DNA of 22,079 nucleotides from a virus (Duplodnaviria > Heunggongvirae > Uroviricota > Caudoviricetes): the IMG/VR virus record IMGVR_UViG_3300014519_000074. One strand, written 5' to 3'. Shown piece by piece: positions 1 to 8,125 of the stretch. A model generated the notes under the pieces. The model searched no databases and was not told where the DNA came from. It worked only from the letters and a program-made list of their open reading frames with translations. Position 1 is the stretch's first letter, and every line of letters begins with the position of its first letter. The translations under genes and the position numbers were made by a program.

Positions 1-219
1 TCAAAGAGAGAGCGCCACCTGTCCTGATTTCATTGGATGCGGCTGAACCGGATTTGACTCTTTTGGCGTTGCAATCGAACGAACAAAAGTTTCATGGGTA
101 ACAAAAGTATGGCTGCAGTTAATGTTCTGGCACTGGTTGTAACGCTCTTTGGTCAATGAAGATACCTGAAAACTGCTGCGAGTATGGGCGGCACTTCCAC
201 ACAGTGGGCAAATCATCAT
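1..219 (-). CDS. ogr: Ogr/Delta-type zinc-finger activator of phage late transcription (about 72 aa; ORF track extends to 252 but the tandem ATGs at 216/219 follow a GGGGAGAG Shine-Dalgarno)
   Basis: Translation MMICPLCGSAAHTR...KERYNQCQNINCSHTF carries the C-X2-C...C-X4-C zinc-finger pattern and is colinear with P2 Ogr as remembered; it lies immediately downstream of D as in P2. Stop codon is at 1..3. Confidence 0.8.
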   Translation of the reverse strand: MMICPLCGSAAHTRSSFQVSSLTKERYNQCQNINCSHTFVTHETFVRSIATPKESNPVQPHPMKSGQVALSL

Positions 220-309
220 TTTTCGAGCTCTCCCCATTTTTGCTAAATTCACAATAATGATACCGCATTATTCCATTTTGCAAACTTAAAAGTTCTCCAT
301 TGCGAAGAA

Positions 310-1410
310 TCATTCCATTTCGAAATCATCAATCCTCACTTCAAGCTCCAGACTGGTTGTAAAACCGTTATCCGGGCTGACGGTATGTGTCAGAGTCGTA
401 ATGGTCCATTCCGCATCATCTATCGGCTGTTTAAAACCACTGACCTTCACAGGCATTTCCGTGTAGAGATCTGCCCGCCCTTCTGCCAGTTGTAGCGAAA
501 ATGACGCAACGCCGCGTTGCAGGCGTTCCCACTGCATTTTCGCCGCTCGTTCGGCGTTGCTCCGGTTGGCATAAGTGCGATTAAGTACCAGCACGTTTTC
601 ATCCGTACCCACCAGGTAATCGCCCTGCTTCGCTTCTGGCTCTTTCTTCTGCTTCTTAGTTCTGCGCTTACGCTTCACCGTGGTGCTTTCTTTCTTCGCA
701 GGTTCGCGGGTATGCAACCAGCTGGCAATTACGCCCGTGTAGGCTCCGCGATCTGCCAGGGTAAATCGGTGACTGTCGCCGTCCTTGCGTGTGATAGTGA
801 TCACTGGCAGAGGTTTACCAGTGGCGCTTTTGCCCTGCCCCTGCCGGATGAATAACAGATTGCCATTTTTCACCGACGCGATGGCACCGTACTGTCGCGC
901 CAGCCGCATCAGAAAACTGCCGTCACTCTCATTAGTCTGGTCTATATGCTCCACGGGCTTATCCGACAGGTCTTTACCCAGTGCCATCTTCAGCTTGTGC
1001 CGCGCGGCTATTTCCTTCACCACTTCCCCGACGGTGGTCTTATGCCACGATTTTTCACGGCGGGTATTCAGCGTTTCCCGAAAATCAGCACTTCGCGCCC
1101 GGATAGTCAGGCGGTCCGGTGCGCCAGTGTGTTCAATCTCGTCCACTGTGAATGCCCCTTTCGGGAAAAGCGGCTGCCCCTTCCAGCCCAGCGCCAGCGT
1201 AATAACCGCACCACGGCGCGGCAGCACGATTTTTCCGTCAGCGTCATCCAGCTCCAGATCAAGCTGGTCCGCTTCAAAGCCCCGGTTATCCGTCAGCGTC
1301 AAACTCATCAGGCGGTTATCCAGCACAGTGGTGATATCCCTGCCCTCAATACTGATGCTGAATGCGGGAGTTTTGTTGCCTTTGTTAAGCAGTTCAGAGC
1401 TGAAATTCAC
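310..1410 (-). CDS. D: Tail protein D (late control gene D family)
   Basis: 366-aa ORF; N-terminus (TPAF...TLTDNRGFEADQLDLELDDADG), central lysine-rich stretch and C-terminus (TEMPVKVSGFK...WTIT) match the P2 gpD pattern; position after U. Confidence 0.88.
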   Translation of the reverse strand: MNFSSELLNKGNKTPAFSISIEGRDITTVLDNRLMSLTLTDNRGFEADQLDLELDDADGKIVLPRRGAVITLALGWKGQPLFPKGAFTVDEIEHTGAPDRLTIRARSADFRETLNTRREKSWHKTTVGEVVKEIAARHKLKMALGKDLSDKPVEHIDQTNESDGSFLMRLARQYGAIASVKNGNLLFIRQGQGKSATGKPLPVITITRKDGDSHRFTLADRGAYTGVIASWLHTREPAKKESTTVKRKRRTKKQKKEPEAKQGDYLVGTDENVLVLNRTYANRSNAERAAKMQWERLQRGVASFSLQLAEGRADLYTEMPVKVSGFKQPIDDAEWTITTLTHTVSPDNGFTTSLELEVRIDDFEME

Positions 1411-1892
1411 GACAGCAGCCCTCCCACCGTTTTACTGATATCGCTTAAGGCAGACGTTGCCGTGTCCTGCAGATTATTCAGTTGCGCACTGAGATCACCG
1501 AACATATCGGACAGGGATTCATCCACTCGTTTGAGCGACAGGGTGAACTCAATCCGGCGCGGCATACCGTCGCGGAAAAACTCCGTTTTAGTCTGATTCA
1601 GTCCCTCAATCACATACATGCCGTAAATCGTGCCGCTGCCTTCAATCAGGGGCCATGCTTTCCCCTGTTCTGCCATCTGCTCCAGTGCCAGCAACGACAG
1701 CCTGCCGCCTGTTATTTCCGGCATAAGAACACCGGAAAGCGTCAGCATGTCGTTTTCCGGTCCCAGAAACTGCGTGGACGGACGTCGGTTTACCCGACTG
1801 TTTGCCGCATGTCGCCAGCTGCGTTGATACTGCAGTTCCTGATACGGAACGGTGCGCAGCATAAACACGTACAATCCCAGCACCATCATCAT
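1407..1892 (-). CDS. U: Tail protein U
   Basis: 161-aa ORF MMMVLGLYVFMLRTVPYQ...SWRH, colinear with P2 gpU; 4-bp overlaps with D and T. Confidence 0.85.
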   Translation of the reverse strand: MMMVLGLYVFMLRTVPYQELQYQRSWRHAANSRVNRRPSTQFLGPENDMLTLSGVLMPEITGGRLSLLALEQMAEQGKAWPLIEGSGTIYGMYVIEGLNQTKTEFFRDGMPRRIEFTLSLKRVDESLSDMFGDLSAQLNNLQDTATSALSDISKTVGGLLS

Positions 1893-4800
1893 GCGTCGTA
1901 TCCCCCCTGATCGCTGTAGTTACTCCTGGCTTTTGCCTTCAGCCTGCGTTCACGTTCATCAAGCTGGCGTGCCACCTCCCGCGCAATATCCTGCGCACTT
2001 TGTCCTGGCTGCGTCTGAATGATGATCTGCGTCGGTGCCTCAATCCGTTGAACGAGCGGCACAGTGGCTGCGCGACTCACAATTGCTTCTCCACCTTTCG
2101 CGGGAAGTGCCAAAGGGTGCAACGGTGGAAGCTCTGCTGGCGCGGCAGCAACGCCCATCATTCCGGCAACAACGGCAGCCAGTGCAGCTGTATTTCTCCG
2201 GCTGGTCACATTTGCCGGGCCGTTAACAATTTCCGGCCCGTTTTCACCGACGATGCCAAACTGCCCTCGCGGGATATACCCGCCGCTGTCATACATCCCC
2301 GCAAAGCCATATCCCCATGATGGAAAACCACCCGATGGCATCATCACTTTACCGTCTGCATTCACCGTCGCAGGTTGCTGACGCGTCACGCTTTCCGGCA
2401 GTTTTGCCTTTGCGGCCTCTTTACTGACAATGCCGAGCTTCTCCAGCAACCAGGAAACGCCGGATTTCAGGGAGTCCAGCGGATGCATGACCATATTCAG
2501 CCCTTCCGCCAGTGCCTCCCCGAATCGCCGCCCCATTGCCGCTGCACTCTGCAGTTCGGCAGAGGTCGACTTAACGGGCGTCAGCAGATCAGTAAACCAG
2601 CCCCACAGCGCCTGTACTTTGTCGCCAATCCACTGAAACACAGGCTTAAGTGGTTCGAATGCAGCACTGATGGGACCTGCCGCCGCTTTGAATCCTTCCA
2701 CCACGCCACCGAGAAATGCGGTGATGGGTTGCCAGTATTTCCAGACAACCAGCGCCACGCCCGCCAGTGCAGTAACCACAAGACCTATCGGACTGAGCAG
2801 AGCACCTAACAGACCAGATATGGCATACAGGGCAACGCGCAGCATCGCCAGCGGACCAGATGCAAGCACACGAAGCACCGCGCCTGCGGCAGCCAGTCCA
2901 CCGCGCAGTACCGCCAGAGGATTCATAAACATCACAGCAACAGCACGTAAACCGGATAATCCAGACCGCAAAAGTGCAACCGGCGCACCTGCTACAGTTT
3001 TAAGGACATTTCCCGTCAGTGATGCCGTGCGGCGCAAAGACGACAACGGCGCAGTAAGTAAACCTGCGGCGTTGCCCGATGAAGCAAGCCCGCGTCGCAG
3101 CAGTGCCAGTGGTGCGCCAGCCAGCCAGGACAACGCGCTGCTGGTTCGAGTTACTGCTGCCGTAACGGAAGATAACGTTTTGATACCCAGCACAGAGAAT
3201 CCCAGACGGATCACTGCCAGCGGCCCCAGCACTGCAGCCAGCGCCACCGCTAAGGTGCCGAGGCCGACGGTAACCGCAGCCACAACAGCCGATGCTTTCA
3301 TCAGTGTGCCTGTCAGTTCCGGGTTAGCTTCCACCCAGCGACGCAACGCCCCCGTGACGCTTTTCACCGTGTACAGAATATCCATCAGCGGCTGGCGCAG
3401 CGTTTCGCCCAGGCTGCTGAAGGTGTTCTGCGCTCCGGTTTTGACCAGCAACCACTGCGCAGAAAGTGAATCCTTGTTAATGTCGGATTCTTTCTGCATG
3501 GAGCCGAGCGCATCATTGCCCGCTGTCAGTTTTAACTGACGCTGCAGTTCCGGCAGGTTGTTTGCCAGTTTCGCCGCGTCATCGCCAAACTCTTTACCAA
3601 ACAACATAGTCATGGCAGACAGGCGCTTGTCCTGCGGCAGCGCGTTTACCTTCTCCAGCACGCGCTGGATGGTTCCCATCGCATCCTTCGTCATCTGCTT
3701 TTCAATCACTTCAGGATTGAGTTTCAGCAGATTCATCCCTTCAAAGAAACTTTTGCTTTGCATGGTGGCAATGGACAATTCACACACCATCGCGTTTGCT
3801 GCACTGGCTGCAACCTCTGGCGCAGCGCCCAGTGTCAGGAAGGTGGAACCCAGCGCCGCCGCTTTACGATAATCCAGACGGTCAGCCACACCGCCCAGAC
3901 GTTGCATCACATCAATGATGTCTGCCCCTTTCGACATGGCGTTATCATCCAGATAGTTCAGCGCATCACCGAGCTGTTCAATATTGCGGGTGGGGATTTT
4001 GTAGAGCTGGGCGATTTTCCCCAGACTTTCTGACAGTTCATCCGCTGGCAGCTCAAAGGCTGTTGCCGCCTTTGCTGCCGTACTGGCGAAGGCCAGCAGG
4101 TCACGTTTCTGATCTTCCCAACTGTCGTCAGGGTTTGCGACGTTCATGCGCGCGCCACCTTCAACCAGTGCAGCGAAATCCACAGCACCGTTTTCCATCG
4201 GCAACTGTTCGCTGGCAGCCTTGATGGCATCCTGCATTTCATAAAAACGTGCAGTGCGGTTGCCATTATCGTCACGCAGACCATTGACCTGCTTTGCCAC
4301 ACCTTTCATGGCATCTTCCATGCTGGTATAGCTTTTTACTGCCGCCATCACTGGTGCGCCCATTGCCAGCCCTGCAGCCGTGGTGGTGGCTCCGGCACCT
4401 GCAATACGATCACGCACCTCCAGCGAACGGGCATAACTGGCACGCGCTGCATTCATCCTGCGCTGAGCTTCCCCCAGTCGCTTCAGCCGCGCCTCCTGTT
4501 TCGAAAGTTCCTGGTTATAACGTGATGTTTCACGGGCTAAACGGGCAGTTGCTCCCGCATCGTCTTTCGCAGAAATTCCCGCCCGGTACAGTTCAGCACG
4601 CACAAGCGCCGTCTGCTGCTGCAGCTTTTTCTGGCGTTCTTCCAGGCGCTGAACAGCCAGCCGTTGACGGCCCAGAGCAACAACCTGACGTTGCGAAGGC
4701 GGCCCCATCGCTCCCAGTTCCTGACTGAGCAAATTTGCACGCTGGCGGGCATAGTTCAGCCTGTCGCCTAATTTCTGATTTTCTGCCTGCAGCTTTCGGA

Positions 4801-4966
4801 AGCTGTCCAGACTGCTCCCGGCCTGATCAAGCTGCTTTATTGCATCGCGGGATTTTTTGACAGCAGCAGCCAGTTCTCTTGAACTGGCCTGCGCAGATCG
4901 AAATGGGCGGGTGAGCTTGTCAACCGCATTAAGAATGACCTGCAGACGCAGGTTGTTATCACTCAT
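1889..4966 (-). CDS. T: Tail tape measure protein (1025 aa)
   Basis: Very long ORF with a coiled-coil-rich N-terminal third (QLDQAGSS...LKRLGEAQRR) and a long Ala/Gly/Leu hydrophobic repeat region (GAPLALLRRGL / GAPVALLRSGL / NPLAVLRGGL), typical of tape measure proteins; sits between E/E' and U as in P2. Confidence 0.9.
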   Translation of the reverse strand: MSDNNLRLQVILNAVDKLTRPFRSAQASSRELAAAVKKSRDAIKQLDQAGSSLDSFRKLQAENQKLGDRLNYARQRANLLSQELGAMGPPSQRQVVALGRQRLAVQRLEERQKKLQQQTALVRAELYRAGISAKDDAGATARLARETSRYNQELSKQEARLKRLGEAQRRMNAARASYARSLEVRDRIAGAGATTTAAGLAMGAPVMAAVKSYTSMEDAMKGVAKQVNGLRDDNGNRTARFYEMQDAIKAASEQLPMENGAVDFAALVEGGARMNVANPDDSWEDQKRDLLAFASTAAKAATAFELPADELSESLGKIAQLYKIPTRNIEQLGDALNYLDDNAMSKGADIIDVMQRLGGVADRLDYRKAAALGSTFLTLGAAPEVAASAANAMVCELSIATMQSKSFFEGMNLLKLNPEVIEKQMTKDAMGTIQRVLEKVNALPQDKRLSAMTMLFGKEFGDDAAKLANNLPELQRQLKLTAGNDALGSMQKESDINKDSLSAQWLLVKTGAQNTFSSLGETLRQPLMDILYTVKSVTGALRRWVEANPELTGTLMKASAVVAAVTVGLGTLAVALAAVLGPLAVIRLGFSVLGIKTLSSVTAAVTRTSSALSWLAGAPLALLRRGLASSGNAAGLLTAPLSSLRRTASLTGNVLKTVAGAPVALLRSGLSGLRAVAVMFMNPLAVLRGGLAAAGAVLRVLASGPLAMLRVALYAISGLLGALLSPIGLVVTALAGVALVVWKYWQPITAFLGGVVEGFKAAAGPISAAFEPLKPVFQWIGDKVQALWGWFTDLLTPVKSTSAELQSAAAMGRRFGEALAEGLNMVMHPLDSLKSGVSWLLEKLGIVSKEAAKAKLPESVTRQQPATVNADGKVMMPSGGFPSWGYGFAGMYDSGGYIPRGQFGIVGENGPEIVNGPANVTSRRNTAALAAVVAGMMGVAAAPAELPPLHPLALPAKGGEAIVSRAATVPLVQRIEAPTQIIIQTQPGQSAQDIAREVARQLDERERRLKAKARSNYSDQGGYDA

Positions 4967-5395
4967 CGTTGGCCCCGCTTCTCTGAATCGCTTTATACCG
5001 CCATTCCAGCACTTCGGTCAGCGGCATAACGTCAGTAACGGATGGCGGCCAGTGAAAAATGGTGGCGATATCTGCCACCAGATCGTCAACCGTCAGGCTG
5101 TCGGTAAACCGGCAAGCACCGACTTCTTCAACAAAAAAGTGACAACCTCAACCGACATGGCAGTGAGATCTGCCGGGTCCATCTCTGCAATTTCCTGTGC
5201 AGTCAGTGCCGGACTGGAGATGCGGGGGAGCACGGTCATCATCGCGTTTACATCCATATCCATAATGGCCTGCAGGCGTGTACCGCGCAGCGCACCGGAC
5301 TGCGGTTTACGCAGCACAATTTCGGTGATTTCTGTTTTACCGCGCTTGATGGGGGTATCCAGTTGAATGGTCTTTTCAGTCTGCTTATCGCTCAT
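4959..5395 (-). CDS. E': E+E' tail assembly chaperone fusion made by a programmed -1 frameshift at T_TTT_TTG (minus-strand heptamer at plus 5132..5138); extension ends 4959, overlapping the T start
   Basis: Hand translation of the -1 frame after the heptamer gives ...FFVEEVGACRFTDSLTVDDLVADIATIFHWPPSVTDVMPLTEVLEWRYKAIQRSGANDE*, stopping at TGA overlapping ATGAGTGA of T. This is the conserved E' tail known from P2-like and lambda G/GT systems. Confidence 0.7.
5093..5395 (-). CDS. E: Tail assembly chaperone E (in-frame product)
   Basis: 100-aa ORF ending ...VVTFLLKKSVLAGLPTA; contains the slippery heptamer at its 3' end; located between FII and T. Confidence 0.85.
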   Translation of the reverse strand: MSDKQTEKTIQLDTPIKRGKTEITEIVLRKPQSGALRGTRLQAIMDMDVNAMMTVLPRISSPALTAQEIAEMDPADLTAMSVEVVTFLLKKSVLAGLPTA

Positions 5396-5449
5396 TTTGC
5401 TGTCCTGTCAATTGGGTTCTGGCGCGGTATCCCGCGCCGTTCAGATATA

Positions 5450-5965
5450 TCAGAGGCCGAGGGCGTTGCGGTGCGCTTCCATCAGGTCCACACCGTCCAC
5501 AATTTCCACCATGTTGATAAGGTCCACTTCATAGAGCACCTCACCATTGATGGTCAGCTTCGCGTAGCTGTTGGTACTGGTCACTTTGGTGGTGTTGCTT
5601 TCGCCCGTCTTCCACTCGCCGGAATCCACTTCTTTGTGACGTCCACGCACGACAAGCTCCACGGCCTGCACTTCCCCGGTATCGTCACGCTGAATAGAGC
5701 CGGTAAAGCGCAGCTGGATGCCATCCACCGTGGCTTTACCCATCTGTTTAAACAGCAGCAATTCAGTACCACCAATGGAAAATTCTGTATCCAGCGCACT
5801 GTCATCAAGCCCCAGATCCACATCCACCGCACCCGGCATTCCGCCGCCGCGATACTTCTCATATTTGCGGGTAAATTTCGGCAGCGTCAGCGACTCAACG
5901 ATCCCCTGCCAGTTGTTCCCGTCGTTAAACAGGTTCAGGTGTTTTAATTTGCGTGGTAAAGCCAT
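5450..5965 (-). CDS. FII: Tail tube protein FII
   Basis: 171-aa ORF MALPRKLKHLNLFNDGNNWQG...; size and sequence as for P2 gpFII; lies immediately downstream of the sheath 3' fragment. Confidence 0.9.
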   Translation of the reverse strand: MALPRKLKHLNLFNDGNNWQGIVESLTLPKFTRKYEKYRGGGMPGAVDVDLGLDDSALDTEFSIGGTELLLFKQMGKATVDGIQLRFTGSIQRDDTGEVQAVELVVRGRHKEVDSGEWKTGESNTTKVTSTNSYAKLTINGEVLYEVDLINMVEIVDGVDLMEAHRNALGL

Positions 5966-5974
5966 GTTGTCCCC

Positions 5975-6195
5975 TTACGCGCTGACCTGGCTGGCGAAAT
6001 TAACCAGGTACTGATCGGTGATGCGCTGACGCAGCATCAGGTTTTCAAGTGGCGGCACTGGCGTGTAGTCGTAGTCGATGGTGAGTTTTCCGGCTTTCAG
6101 CGTGTCTTTGTCGTTCACCGACTCATCCAGCCAGCAATCACCACCAATGAGATAGCCCTGACTGACCAGGCTGCGCATTTTGGCGCGGATACCTT
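5975..6195 (-). pseudogene. FI: Tail sheath FI, 3' fragment (C-terminal ~73 codons), separated from the rest of the gene by an inversion
   Basis: Minus-strand translation ...G|[71 protein letters not shown] matches the sheath C-terminus (P2 gpFI ...[31 protein letters not shown]...). The [13 protein letters not shown] prefix of the tracked ORF is junction/cassette-derived, not sheath. Confidence 0.85.
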
Positions 6196-6207
6196 GGTTT
6201 GGGAGAA
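6182..6207. other. Hybrid recombination site (inversion junction 2): good gix/cix-like half-site TTCTCCCAAACC + AA core (minus-strand reading) fused to sheath-derived GGTATCCGCGCC
   Basis: Plus strand GGCGCGGATACC TT GGTTTGGGAGAA. The cassette-side half is identical to the half-site at 8045..8056; the other half is FI coding sequence. Confidence 0.7.
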
Positions 6208-6543
6208 TTATCTCTGGCTGGCACTGCATCGGGTGTCATTGGCCTGAATGGGTATGTAACGATCCCGTTAATTATTTCAGGTTCCCGGAGAACACTGATT
6301 ATTCAGTGGGGGCAGGCGAGATTTGGTGGGTCTGGTGGTGAAGATGCCGGATATCTTAACGATTTTCCTTTTGCCTTTCCGTCAGCATGTTATGGAATGA
6401 TAGTTAGTCATGTGGGGCATACACCTTCAGGCGCAGGAATCCTGTCGGCTTCTGCAATTACATCAAATCAGTTCCGCGGTTTTTCAAGCATAGCGACTGC
6501 TGTAAACGCTGTATTAGGTCGTTATATCGCTATAGGGGTGTAA
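6196..6543 (+). CDS. Tail fibre C-terminal variable cassette (Sv-like); no start codon or promoter of its own, in frame with the H constant part across the crossover site in the reconstructed orientation
   Basis: Open frame begins at the crossover core ([16 protein letters not shown]...[10 protein letters not shown]...GRYIAIGV) and is followed directly by a tail-fibre assembly gene; arrangement matches Mu/P1 Sv-U cassettes. Confidence 0.75.
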   Translation, partial: GLGELSLAGTASGVIGLNGYVTIPLIISGSRRTLIIQWGQARFGGSGGEDAGYLNDFPFAFPSACYGMIVSHVGHTPSGAGILSASAITSNQFRGFSSIATAVNAVLGRYIAIGV

Positions 6544-6544
6544 T

Positions 6545-6982
6545 ATGTTTTATAGTCCATCTTTAAACATTTTTGTGAATCCTGCACTTAAGGATGATTA
6601 CATTAATGCAAATTCATGGCCAGATGATGCTCTGGCTGTCAGTGATGATGTTTATAATGAATTTGCAATCAATACGCCTCCAGATGACAAAATTCGTGTT
6701 GCAGGAAAAAATGGATTACCCACATGGGCACTAATACCTCCACCATCACATGAAGAACTTATTCAACAGGCAGAATCAGAAAGGCAATTATTGCTTAATC
6801 AGGCCAACGAATACATGAACAGTAAACAATGGCCCGGTAAAGCCGCTATTGGTCGTCTGAAAAGCGAGGAACTGGCGCAATATAATTCGTGGCTGGATTA
6901 TCTGGACGCACTGGAGCTAGTCGATACTACCGGTGCGCCAGATATTGAATGGCCTACGCCTCCGGCAGTTCAGGCCAGATGA
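6545..6982 (+). CDS. Tail fibre assembly chaperone (Tfa, U-like) for the Sv cassette
   Basis: 145-aa ORF starting at the stop of Sv (TAAtATG); C-terminus ...GAPDIEWPTPP resembles the conserved Tfa C-terminal motif; converges on and overlaps U' by 29 bp. Confidence 0.8.
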   Translation: MFYSPSLNIFVNPALKDDYINANSWPDDALAVSDDVYNEFAINTPPDDKIRVAGKNGLPTWALIPPPSHEELIQQAESERQLLLNQANEYMNSKQWPGKAAIGRLKSEELAQYNSWLDYLDALELVDTTGAPDIEWPTPPAVQAR

Positions 6983-7556
6983 CATCCGGCGCGGTGCTGG
7001 TATCTGTTGCCGCCACCGCGTCAATGTAATCCAGCACGGCGTTAAGTCGGGTTGTTTCTGCCTGCGTCAACTTCCGTCCGGCCTGTAATTTCAGCTGAAT
7101 CAGACTAATGGAAGCCATTGCTGCATCAATCAGTGACTGGCGCTGTGCTTCTGCCGCGTCTACTGCGGCACTATGCTGTGCCTCAGTATCCGTCACCCAT
7201 TTCTCACCATCCCATTTATCATATGGCGTTAACGGGGCGATAGTGGTTGTATTTTCAGGGTAATCACCCGGAGCTGTGATTTCTTTCGATTCTCCTGTTT
7301 CGGTGCTATAGATGATTTCACCGCGATGGTCTGGCACATATTCCCATGAGTTAAAATCTGCAGAACGGCAGATTGCATAACCAGCTTTATGTGTAACTGG
7401 TGCATCTAAACAAGAACATGCCGGGATACCGACGCCAACCGCAAGATATTCAGTTGATGTGGAAATATATTCCCGCGTTTCACCATCATAATTATAAATG
7501 GTAATGTCTCCCGCTTTTATGGCAATGAGTTCGTTATTTAATACGGCTTTATTCAT
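6954..7556 (-). CDS. Tail fibre assembly chaperone (Tfa, U'-like) for the Sv' cassette
   Basis: 200-aa ORF directly downstream of Sv' on the minus strand; C-terminus ...TAPDVIWPELPEA parallels that of the opposing Tfa. Confidence 0.8.
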   Translation of the reverse strand: MNKAVLNNELIAIKAGDITIYNYDGETREYISTSTEYLAVGVGIPACSCLDAPVTHKAGYAICRSADFNSWEYVPDHRGEIIYSTETGESKEITAPGDYPENTTTIAPLTPYDKWDGEKWVTDTEAQHSAAVDAAEAQRQSLIDAAMASISLIQLKLQAGRKLTQAETTRLNAVLDYIDAVAATDTSTAPDVIWPELPEA

Positions 7557-8098
7557 CAGGCAGCCCTCACGATATAGTTAAATGCAATATTCCGTGGACG
7601 GGTTTCATTTATCCCATATGCTGTTGTTCTCTGATTCCCGACAAAATATCCATTTGGATTAGAAGATACAGAATAATCATCAAAATCAAGTGGGCTATCA
7701 GCACCCGGCGTCAGGCTTGCAATATATCCTCTTCCCATAACTTCTGATGCTGGTATTTCTTTTGTACGATAATCACTAACTCTGAAGAGCTGCCCTTGGT
7801 GGGTGTGTGATTCCACTCCTCCATTCTGAAGACTTAGCAAGGCACGTACAGCATCAATACCACGCCCGTCATCCCAGCCACGAATAAACTCACCACGTAA
7901 ATCAGGCAATTTATTTGTCGGATAAGCCTTTGCCAGTTCCGGGTATTCTTCAGCAGAAAAAGCGGCACCGTTGCATTTCAGCCAGCCTGTTGGCGGAGTG
8001 GCTGAAGGCCACGGAACAGGCACCCCAACCGGTAATGCAGAGCCTTCTCCCAAACCAACGTTTAAGAAAATGCAGAGGTAACAGCTAACTGGCATCAT
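7556..8098 (-). CDS. Alternative tail fibre C-terminal variable cassette (Sv'-like); functional portion begins at the crossover site (about 8056) and would be fused to H after cassette inversion
   Basis: Translation ...FLNVGLGEGSALPVGVPVPWPSATPPTGWLKCNGAAF...HTHQGQLF... resembles the tail-collar-type receptor-binding C-termini of Mu S'/P1 fibres; its 5' end contains the gix-like site, and the GLGE codons are identical to the start of the Sv cassette. Confidence 0.75.
   Translation of the reverse strand: MMPVSCYLCIFLNVGLGEGSALPVGVPVPWPSATPPTGWLKCNGAAFSAEEYPELAKAYPTNKLPDLRGEFIRGWDDGRGIDAVRALLSLQNGGVESHTHQGQLFRVSDYRTKEIPASEVMGRGYIASLTPGADSPLDFDDYSVSSNPNGYFVGNQRTTAYGINETRPRNIAFNYIVRAA
8045..8070. 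other. Intact gix/cix/hix-like 26-bp recombination site: TTCTCCCAAACC AA CGTTTAAGAAAA
   Basis: 12-2-12 imperfect dyad resembling DNA-invertase crossover sites (hix/gix/cix as remembered); lies at the Sv' 5' end just upstream of the invertase gene; its left half is an inverted copy of the half-site at 6196..6207. Confidence 0.7.
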
Positions 8099-8125
8099 CT
8101 CCGGTTTTTATTCAGGGGGATGATC

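Noticed and set aside
119-313. 64-aa minus-strand ORF spanning the ogr upstream region
   Set aside because: Overlaps ogr in another frame and the D stop; no recognisable product; more plausibly the ogr promoter/leader region.
2670-3539. 289-aa plus-strand ORF (and similar ones at 2375..2809, 3558..3872, 4294..4728) inside the tape measure gene
   Set aside because: Antisense shadow ORFs in GC-rich coding DNA; low-complexity Ala/Ser/Pro/Arg-rich translations with no start context; fully overlapped by the convincing minus-strand T gene.
8073-8125. Attempt to pinpoint the invertase promoter and the Fis-dependent recombinational enhancer
   Set aside because: Could not identify convincing -35/-10 hexamers or Fis sites by eye; in Hin/Gin systems the enhancer lies within the 5' part of the invertase gene, but that needs a matrix search and is not claimed here.
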